Source: Antedon mediterranea (lineage: Eukaryota > Animalia > Echinodermata). Taken from it: DNA of 64,000 nucleotides. Position 1 is the first letter of the stretch; each line of letters begins with the position of its first letter. The DNA lies in the NCBI RefSeq assembly GCF_964355755.1, contig NC_092672.1, forward strand, positions 28,960,437-29,024,436. The letters run 5' to 3'. A program made the position numbers and the translations under genes. The notes beneath the pieces are model-generated. The model did no database searches. It was not told the DNA's origin and saw only the letters and a program-made list of their open reading frames with translations. This document shows, in pieces, positions 27,106 to 64,000 of this stretch.

Positions 27106-29875
27106 TTAGGTTTGTTTGTTAGTGGAAGATTTCTCCGAGTTATCTAAATTGTTTTCCATAATTTCACAAAACTTTTTAAAATTATTTTCTTCTAATTCTG
27201 TCATGATTTTGTTGAGTGCATATATTTCTAGCCTTTGTCGTTGTTTCTTTTGCAATTCTTTCTCTTTAAGATATTGTTTCTCTGTCCTTTTTGCTTCCTC
27301 TTTTTTAGCAAGTTCTTTTCTCCTCGCCTTGCTTTCAATTTGTGAGAGACGTTCCTTTACCGTTCTTTGACTCTGTAATAACGAAAACAAAATTTTAAAA
27401 ACATAAATAAATTTTGGTAAAACATAAAAACCACCATTAAAAGCATTAAAAAACGTAATATTGAAAAATGTAACATATTGTCCCTTTGAATTTTTTTATA
27501 ATTTTTTCAAATAGGAAATTTTAATGCTGCATAAATAGATATTTACAAAATTGGATTGGAAAAAAAAAATATTTACCTGATAGAACCATAATTTAAGGAA
27601 ATTATAAATTATAGTTATATATTATAATTAAACTGGAAGCTAATTTAACAGTTGATTTGGTCATTTTTTATAAGTAAAATCATAATTTTTCATTGTGGTT
27701 TTATTGTGGTATTCCTTTCAGATTCAATCGAAAAAACCAAGGACAGTACAAATGTACAACAATAAAATAAGTGAATAACATTAAACTAAAAAAATGACCT
27801 ACTTCCTAATGCCTCCGTCCTCTTAAAGATGTATTGTCCCTTGAAACACAAAAAAATGAAGGTCAAAATATTCTAAATTTAAAGTGGCCATATCAAAGTA
27901 ATATTAAAGTTATTCACTTTAAGTCGAAAATTTGAGCCAAAAACAACAAGTTTACATAATTAACAGGTAAATTAGCTTGAATACATTTCATCTGGAAAAT
28001 CGTCACGAGCGAAAGTAAACAAAGATTTCAAACCATGAGTACGCATTATGCATATGCTAAATTAGGATTGTTTACAACTCGTCACGGTTAAGAAGGTATT
28101 TTCACACAGATCATGAGGAAGTTTTATGATTATGCATACAGAGTAGCGAAACAAGCGCGTTTCATTATGAGATATGTTTTGATCGAAAACTTTGACTGGA
28201 AGTCAAAGTTATTTTTTTAACAAAAAAACGTCTGTATTTCAGTAAAATTTTTTTTTTTTAGAAAAAATTTTTGGTGATAGTTACTATTATGATACTTCAA
28301 AATGACCCACCTTTTTTCGAAATCTATTATTTTTTATTTTTTGGGAATTAGTCAAAGGGACAATACATCTTTAAATATAACTGCCTAAAGGCGCGGTGCA
28401 AAAACATAAAGAAAAAATATAGTATTGATATTAATGATAATGATTTGCTTACCCGAATATCATTCATAGAAAGAACATATTCCACTTTCTTAAGCTGTTC
28501 AATTGTTGGTGTACAAGGAGGAGCACATGGCAACATCATCCCACAGTCTTTGATAACACCAGATTGCTTATCAGACAAGTACACCCTTCTCACCTTCTCA
28601 TCCCCCTCCAGAACTGGCGCTTTGGTGTATATAGTGGAAGCTCTTTGGAAGACATCAGAACACAAGGATGTCTCTGATGAACTGATGGATTTAGTGGTTG
28701 AACTTGTTCTGGAGATGGAAGCACCATCTTCAGACAACTCTCGTCTCGTTTTTGTTTGTTTTGGGACTGCCTCAATTTGTAAAACAGAATTTTTAGATAG
28801 TGCATTGTAAGAACTAATTACAACTTGATTATTCTGTATTTTTAACTTCCCTTTTTTACTGACATCTTTTCTAGTTGTACACCGTGACTTCCTGCCATTG
28901 GTTTTACGACTTTTTGGCTTCTTCTTTGACGAATACTTGGCTGATCGACTTGTTAACTTGACTTGATTTGAATCTAAAAATAGAAAAAAATATATATATT
29001 TTTTTATGAAGTCTGCATAAACCACTTAAAGAACATTTCTGAAATTCTAAAAATAATTAATAAAAACAAGTCAACATATTCATATATTTACATAAATTTG
29101 TTTTTATTAATTACAGTTTAATAGAATCCGGCCTTTAGGACACTTCAAGAGGCAATAATATAATACATATGTTTTCACACTAAAACTAACTCTTATATGG
29201 GAGACAATCCTATTATTAAGGGGACACTTAGATAATCATGTTGGATCTTGAAGGCGTCCCCTTAATAGAGGTTATACTGTAGTTAATAATGTAATCATTG
29301 TATTTTTTAAATGTCCAATAACAGTGATAATACAAACCTTTGGAAGTTGTACAACCAGTTTTTGTATCAAAGTTCAACGTCCTATTGTCGACCTCATCAA
29401 ATAAATGTTCATAATATAGTGAGGTATATGATTGCACTGGCGATGGTTTGTCTGCTTTTTTGTCATCTTTCAGCTTTGATCCACAAGCAGTTTTATCTGT
29501 CTCAAGTACTCTAAAGTTTGAAAAGGAGCTTGCTTGTATTTTATAATCGGATTCAATCAAGCTGGAATGTGGAGACATATTATCCAAAATTGCGGAATTT
29601 TTTCTAGAATTTGATGCCGATAATTGTATATTGCGATGCGATTGCTGCCATGAGATATGTGGTAATGAAATGCCGTGCGGAAGAGGACGTATCACGGTTG
29701 GAATTACATTGTTTCTATTTTGTTTAGCATTTAGCTCGTATGTCGTAGCAGGTTGACATACTCTTGGTGCCAGCCCGCTACCTCTTATTGTAAACATTGA
29801 CGTCAATAGGGGTGAAGTTGTACCCATGCATATACCTTTGGTATATCCTAATATTCCAACAGTTGCACCGCTCAT
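27106..29875 (-). CDS. 441-aa protein with a C-terminal SVBP/CCDC23 (small vasohibin-binding protein)-like helix
   Basis: Exons 29875-29338, 28973-28453 and 27372-27106 join in frame (phases 1 and 0, GT-AG). C-terminus ELQKKQRQRLEIYALNKIMTELEENNFKKFCEIM aligns with recalled human SVBP [33 protein letters not shown]. Confidence 0.8.
27827..28370. mobile_element. Kolobok-like MITE in an intron of the SVBP-like gene
   Basis: TTAA|AGATGTATTGTCCC ... GGGACAATACATCT|TTAA, perfect 14-bp TIR. Confidence 0.8.
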
Positions 29876-30299
29876 GATTTTTCTAAATGTCTCTTTAAAA
29901 TTATAAATATAAAACAAAAATGTATGCACAAAATTGGTAATCTAACACAATTTTTTTCCAATATTAAGTAAGTATAAATGAAATTATTTCCATATAACAA
30001 AACAAGGCTACTTCAAAGTAGTATTATGTAGAACATCAACTTTGTAGAGTAGACCATTCATCTAACATCTGACCGTACACAAACAGGAAGAAGTCCACTC
30101 ATTCACTGGATAATCCCCGTCAGCCAGCTCAGCAGCTGAGTTGAGTATCTGTTTTAACCAAATACAAAGCAGTTTGGTGTACTTCTCACGCCTTTTAAAA
30201 CCAGTACAGAACATTATCTATTAATATAATTGTTTAAGCATTGATCTGTACACTTTATACATCTTAATTTACTTCGCAAAGAATGATATTTTCTAAATA

Positions 30300-30695
30300 C
30301 GTACGAGTACACTCCTCTTCCTCTCTGTACTATGTAAAAACCAGATCAGAGAGCACGTCGAGTTTGTTTACATACTACAGTATCTACGGAAACATGAATA
30401 TTCATAAGCAGTGGTTTGCCACGCCTCTTTTGGTATATAAGTTTATATTTGTATAATTATTAAACCGCGATTTTATTATTAGAAACATAATTAACGTAGT
30501 AGTAACAGATATATAAATGTTATTTTATATTAATATTACTTTGTATTATATTACAATTTAGTTATTAATCAATACAGTAGGCCTAGTACTAGTGCAGTAA
30601 GATTGTTCAGCTAAAAAAGGTCATTACAGGGTCATCAGTGCACAAACGTACATGTGCTTGTTTTTTTTAGAAGATCCAAACAAAATAAAAACGAA
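30300..30695. promoter_or_regulatory. Putative bidirectional promoter between the SVBP-like gene and NIP7
   Basis: The two ATGs are 820 bp apart, head-to-head. Contains GCACGTC, ACTACA, the palindrome ATGAATATTCAT and a GCCACGCC (Sp/KLF-like) motif. Confidence 0.5.
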
Positions 30696-33031
30696 ATGAG
30701 GCCTTTAACAGAAGAAGAGACAAAGATATTCTTTGAAAAATTATCAAAATAGTACGTAAATATTATTTCTTATATTACTATTACTTATAGTTCAAGTAGA
30801 GGACATACACAGCCTAGTTACTAGTAAACTAGCTAGCTAGCTAGGAGTCGGACCGGAATAGTAGACTAAACCGACGTCGTTAGTGACATACCGGACAGAT
30901 GCGGGAATGCAGTGAGTGAGTGCCAGTGGTCCGGAACAAGCAAGTTCATTAGCTAGCTAGGCCTAGCTAAATAGACAGCATAAAAAGCTAAGCTGCACTT
31001 ATTTTATTTTAGTAAGTTTGTAGGCCTATATTTTCTATGTAATTAAGATAAAATGTATTGAAATGAAACTTAATAATAAAATAAAAATTATAATATGAAA
31101 TCGATTTAATTTAGTTTTTATAAATTATATTTTTATAGAGGTTTTATTATTTATTAATATTCAATAATATTATTCAGGTTACAAAACAAAACAAAGTCTA
31201 CAAACAAATGCAAATACAAACATAGGGTCTACACACATTATGATTTATATTGTAAAACCATTTTTTATTTTAAAAAAAACCACAAATTTTAATAATGCAT
31301 TTAGTTAGTGTCAATAACATCATCTTGGATAAATCGCCAGGTCTCTAAATAAAACTGTTTTCAAATATTTTACCAGTATTGGAGAAAACATCAAGATGTT
31401 AATAGATCGGCCTGACGGTACATACTGCTTTCGTTTCCATAAGGACAGAGTTTATTACGTAAGGTAGGTTTGTAAGTTATGGTCACATTTTGGAGAACAG
31501 TTGTCGACCGCAGCGCATCACAATTTCACAACCATAAAATCTGAAGATAACTTACCTAAAAAAATTCCTCTTGGCAAACTGGCCTCATGAGATATTTTAT
31601 TAAATTCCAAACAAATTATCAAACTCATATTATGAACAACTCATTCAGGAAAATTTGAACCCATGACCTTGTGATTAGTGAAGCATAACCACCTAACTGC
31701 ATCGTGGGAATATATTTGATACTTATGTAACTTTTTTTCTTATTTCATTCAGTGAACTGATCATGAAAAGAGCAGCTAACATTGCTAGAGAACACCTGAT
31801 GAGTTTTGGAACCTGTTTTGGAAAATTTACAAAAACATTGAAGTTTAGGTTACATGTGACAGCATTAGATTTTCTTGCACCATATGCTAAGGTACTTACA
31901 GAAGTTTGTTAAAGTCTTGATCCAAGGAGATTAGGAAGGGATTTTATGCAGATTTTTAATCAACTGAGTGGCAAACGTCTCATTATACATAAACAAAAAT
32001 CACATAGGGGCGGGGGCGGAGAAAGAGGTAATCACATGGCCATACAAAGTATTTTTTTTCTTTACAGTTTAAAGTGTGGGTAAAACCTGGCTCTGAGCAG
32101 TCATTTCTGTATGGTAATCATATATTAAAGAGCGGTCTAGGTAGAATCACAGAGAACACATCCAAATATCAAGGCGTCATTGTCTATTCAATGTCAGATA
32201 TTCCTCTGGTATGTACTTTCTTTTCATTTGTTATTTTGGTATTAATATTAACAAATAAAAATAATAACGTCGTCTTTCACAATATAATTTAGATCATAAA
32301 AATACCACAGTAAACTCCCCGAAATCTTTTCCAAAAAAGCTTTTTTTAAAAATGAATCAATTGATTGATTGAATGTTCAAACTCATTGATATTGAATGCT
32401 TATTTTCATTGATTGAATACTCAAACTCATTGATTGAATACTCAAACTCATAAATTGAATACTCAAACTCATTGATTGAATACTCAAACTCATTGATTGA
32501 CTACTCAAACTCATTGATTGAATACTTAAACTCATTGATTGACTACTCAAACTCATTGATTGAATACTCAAACTCATTGATTGAATACTCAAGCTCATTG
32601 ATTGAATACTCAAACTTATTGATTGAATACTCAAACTCATTGATTGAATACTCAAACTCATTGATTGAATACTCAAACTCATTGATTGAATACTCATACT
32701 CATTGATTGACTACTCAAACTCATTGATTGAATATTTTAACTGACATTGATTGAATATTTAAAATCATTGATTGAATACTCAAACTCATTGATTGGATAC
32801 TCAAACTCATTGATTGAATACTCAAACTCATTGATTGAATATTTTAACTGACATTGATTGAATATTTAAAATCATTGATTGAATACATTTTGATTAATTT
32901 ATACATTACAGGGATTTGGCGTAGCAGCAAAGTCAACTCAAGAATGCAGACACACCGATCCGATATCCATTGTCGTTTTTCATCAAGCTGATATTGGCGA
33001 ATATTTAAGAAATGAAGACACATTAACTTGA
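30696..33031 (+). CDS. NIP7: 60S ribosome subunit biogenesis protein NIP7 (180 aa)
   Basis: Exons 30696-30751, 31377-31463, 31753-31891, 32068-32208 and 32912-33031 give [49 protein letters not shown]...[30 protein letters not shown]...[13 protein letters not shown]...[17 protein letters not shown]. Confidence 0.97.
32356..32890. repeat. 21-bp minisatellite (ATTGATTGAATACTCAAACTC)n in NIP7 intron 4
   Basis: More than 20 near-identical units, running almost up to the 3' splice site at 32911. Confidence 0.95.
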
Positions 33032-33041
33032 ACACAATCGA

Positions 33042-33620
33042 TTAATAAACTATCTATAAATAGAAAATCTTTCTATAAATAAAGTTAAAGCTTGTTTAAT
33101 AAAACTTTCTATAAATAGAATGTATTAATCAAACTTTCTATAAATAGAATTTATTAATCAAACTTTCTATAAATAGAATTTATTAATCAAACTTTCTATA
33201 AATAGAATTTATTAATCAAACTTTCTATAAATAGAATTTATTATTCAAACTTTCTATAAATAGAATTTATTAATCAAACTTTCTATAAATAGAATTTAAG
33301 CTTTTTTGATCAAACTTTCTATAAATAGATTCTATTAATCAAACTTTCTATAAATAGAATGCTTTTTTGATCAAACTTTCTATATATAGATTTTATTATA
33401 TAAACTTTCTATAAATAGAATGTAAGCGTGTTTAATCAAACTTTCTATAAAAAATATAGAATTTAAGTTTGATCATAAATATTAATTTTAACTTGTTTGG
33501 TCAAACTTTCTATAAATAGAATAATTTAAGCTTGTTTATAGTCAAACTTTCTATAAATAGAATGTATTAATCAAAATTTCTATTAATAGAATTTAAGTTG
33601 GTTTTTTTTTATAAAACTTT
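33042..33620. repeat. Minisatellite of about 29 bp (ATCAAACTTTCTATAAATAGAATTTATTA)n directly after the NIP7 stop codon
   Basis: About 15-18 units, most containing TTCTATAAATAGAA. Confidence 0.93.
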
Positions 33621-34169
33621 AAATAAATGTTCATGTTGGGGGTTTATTTCGATCAAAAAGTCTCCAATGGCAAACTTCAGTGGTGTTAGGAATTGGGGAA
33701 GCCTCGCTTCATGTTTTGTGTCGGAATCATTAATAATGATTTCCATCAAGGGGGAGGTGGGCTGGCTTTGTTGTCTTACCCAAGCCTATCTCAAGTTTAC
33801 TATGGAAAGTAATGAATAAAGTTCAGATGACAAATGGACGTCACAATACTTATGTTGAATGTTCCACCAATGATGAACAGAAGAAATTCATGTCTAGCGC
33901 CCTCTATTATTTTTCGAAAAACATTAAATGATAATGTTCGTACTTATTTTTTGTCGTGTCTTTTTTAGCCCATTTTGTAAACTCAATGAACTAAATATTA
34001 TAGCACCGCAAATAAAGTTTTATGCGTACTTTTCAATTGTTATCGTTTACCGTAACCATAGAGATAACGGTGCGAGAATATGAATCCGAATAGTCAGCTA
34101 ACAACAAAGTCCGAGCAACAACAAAGCGGAACGCAACTTACTGCTTTGATCAAACACTGATCCCCAGTA

Positions 34170-34866
34170 AAGCGTGGTTCCCACTAGCGACGCAACGCAA
34201 GGACGTAACGCAAAGCAAGTGAATTGACCAATCACAAGCAATGGCTTATTCGCTTGTGATTGCTAACTTCGCTTGTCATTGGTTAAAACGCTTGCGTTGC
34301 GTTTACGTCCTTGCGTTACGTTCTAGTGGGAACCAAACTTAAAGCTTGGTTCCCAATTGCGACGCAACCTACGCAGCGTAAGAAAATCAATGCCCTTACA
34401 ATAAAGCGTGGTTCCCACTAGAACGCAACGCAACAACGTATTGACGCAAAGTGCTGTATTGCGTAATCACAAGTGGGAACCGATGACGCAACAATGCTGC
34501 AAAAATCGCAGGTTTGATTTGACGCAGGCTGGGGAAAACACAATAATTATTGCAAGAACATTTCCTTACGTTGCGTAGTATCTAGTGGGAACCACGCTTT
34601 AGCTTCCCAGGTCCTCTTGCTTGCGTTCCGTTTACGACGCCCCAGAATTTGTCGTATTCGAATGGGAACTTTCGTTGTGCTCAACACTAACGTCATTCGA
34701 AATTCGAATATAAACGTTGACAACGCAAGCTTTTTCGTTAAGAACAATCTCAACGCTCAAAATATTCCGTTATGATAAGTAGGCCAACTCAAGGGAAAAA
34801 CTGTACTCAAAGGTAAAAGTCCCACTCGAATGCATACGACAATTGCGTCGCGTCATACCAAGCTTA
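34170..34866. mobile_element. Cluster of adjacent and nested Harbinger-like MITEs (AGCGTGGTTCCCACTAG family)
   Basis: Copies at about 34170-34340 and 34342-34866, with a third (about 34404-34599) nested in the second. TAA/TTA flanks. Relative at about 60939-61039. Confidence 0.75.
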
Positions 34867-36269
34867 ATTTAGTGTTGTAACAGTGATCTTCTAACGATTA
34901 TTATTTGTTATTTAACTGCGTTTATATATATAAATCATTTTCACTCTCGTACATTTAATTAACTTTGGTTACACATTTTTTTCATATTTCTCTAACAAAA
35001 CGATGTTGGTGGTCATAAAAAAAAAACTCTTCCTCCCAGCATTGTATCTATGGCAACAACGCGACAATATTATTGCAACCATGACTATGGTCACGCACTT
35101 CCGTTGTCCGGCCACATAAACATGTGCGCGCTTTCGCGTTTCTTTTGGAGAATCGACATGGGCGCGAACTTCAAAAATTAAACGTGAAACAGCGTACACG
35201 TGGTGTGCAGATGGCCAACTAGACTTCAACGCTATTTTCATAAAACTTGTTTATAAATCATCTCTTCATTTTATGATAGTCAATACACACATATTGCGAT
35301 TTTTATGCATAGGTCCTATTTATCTAATCAATAAGGCATTGCCTATGCTTTATAATTATAAGTTACAGTAGGCATATGATAAAAATGCAGAGGCTGTATC
35401 TTTAAATACGAATGAGACAGTTCATTGGATGCGTAGGCCTACATTTTTCTCTTTAAATTTGAAATGTGTCCAAGCCTAGAATAATGTTGGCCCATATGAC
35501 GAATTAATATTCATAATTAAAACAGGCCTATTCATACTTTTAGGAGCTACGTACAGATATAATAAAAGACATGCCTATACAAAATATTGTATTTTAGCCT
35601 ATATTAGGCCTACATAAGGCTATTTATTTATTTTTTTATATTTTCATAGAAAATGAAAATCATGAAACTATATAGGCCTATAGACCTAATGCGCCGTTCA
35701 CAAGCGTTAACTAATATAAATTCATATTTAAAAAGATATTATTAAAGTTATGTCTTTGTACCATATCTGCCTTTACTTATTAATATTACTAAGTTCCTGC
35801 TTTATGGTTCATTTTGCAAGTAGTCAATTGTTATTATGGGATGTCGTGTTTTGTGTTGAGTTAATGCGACCGTCATCATTTCCGGGCGTATGAACATTAC
35901 ACAACATAAAAATGTTACACTAATTAGCAGAAATTTCACTGAAAAACAGACTGTATATATATTTTTTTATTTTCTTGTAAGTCCCTAAAACAAATATTGA
36001 GCCTTGGTATAAAAATGTAAGGCATCTCCTATATAAAATTGTATATTTTCAATTTATAAGAAATTTAAAGTTTGTTTATGTTTTGCTAATTAAACAATTG
36101 TTGAGTACTAGATAATTCGATGTTTTATATAATTATTCCTATTGCAATTGACATTAATAAGAATTTACAGTTTATATATTTTTTTCACCAATTTAGTTAA
36201 TCGTCACAAAGGGAGGCTTCATTAGTTACTATTATGGGATACTTTTAGACAATATTATGGGATATCCCC

Positions 36270-36360
36270 ATGCTAATTACGTCACACTGCGCATGGTCAG
36301 TTGGTATTTTTCCACCCTTTTGTCGTGGGGGGTGAGCTTTACACCGCGCCATCTTCATTT
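36270..36360 (+). promoter_or_regulatory. Core promoter region of the CHD3/4/5 gene
   Basis: CRE-like TTACGTCA (36277), NRF1-like TGCGCATG (36288) and YY1 CGCCATCTT (36347), about 100-180 bp upstream of the ATG at 36459. Confidence 0.5.
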
Positions 36361-36458
36361 TTCTACGGCTGGGAGTAATTGCCGTGTGTAAATTATTGTT
36401 AATTTATTTACTTGACGGTGTTAAAATATATCAGAGCCTGTACTGATATATTTATAAA

Positions 36459-63786
<27,328 letters not shown>

Positions 63787-64000
63787 GTAAACACAGTAGA
63801 ACTCCTGTTAAGGGACAACTTCGGGGACCCAATAAAGGATTCACTTAATAATAGGTGGCAGGGGCCATATCCAAGTATTTATTTGACAATGGAGCACTAT
63901 TACTCACAAGTCAGAAATCACATTTTAGTTTTGGTCTCGGCAAAAGATTTTCTTAAATTATGCAGTGGCAATCCTGGATTTTGAAATGGGGGAAGGGGAG

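Noticed and set aside
32383-32744. Repetitive ORFs (SIQSMSL)n and (IEYSNSL)n
   Set aside because: Artefacts of a 21-bp intronic minisatellite within NIP7 intron 4.
33042-33620. CRISPR-like appearance of regularly spaced ~29-bp repeats
   Set aside because: No unique spacers, eukaryotic context and no cas genes; it is a plain minisatellite.
17599-33906. Two AGCGCCCTCTA CTCF-like cores (about 17600 and 33896) bracketing the three-gene block
   Set aside because: Partial motif only and in the same orientation; cannot be supported from sequence alone.

Overview
AT-rich, intron-rich animal genomic DNA. An invertebrate deuterostome such as an echinoderm is likely, but this is inferred from gene and repeat style only. 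Five genes were reconstructed by hand from splice sites: (1) a NACHT-LRR (NLR) immune receptor with a decaying array of duplicated N-terminal mini-exons, possibly a pseudogene (+, ~689-7574); (2) a POM121-family FG nucleoporin of about 973 aa with no visible transmembrane exon (+, 18967-25728); (3) a 441-aa protein ending in a clear SVBP/CCDC23 (small vasohibin-binding protein) helix (-, 27106-29875); (4) NIP7, 180 aa, head-to-head with gene 3 (+, 30696-33031); (5) a CHD3/4/5 (Mi-2) remodeller with at least 32 exons that runs off the window and contains a U12-type intron (+, 36459 to >63786). Introns and intergenic DNA hold many non-autonomous DNA transposons (Kolobok-, MULE-, hAT-, Ginger-, Harbinger- and Tc1/mariner-like, often nested), L1/Tx1 and RTE-like LINE fragments, SINEs and minisatellites. 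The most notable items are the elongated SVBP-domain protein, the apparently soluble POM121, the NLR cassette-exon array, intronic echoes of a CHD exon, TAGGCCTA-rich patches marking gene 5' ends, and tandem repeats built from TF motifs. All homology calls are from recalled motifs, not database searches.
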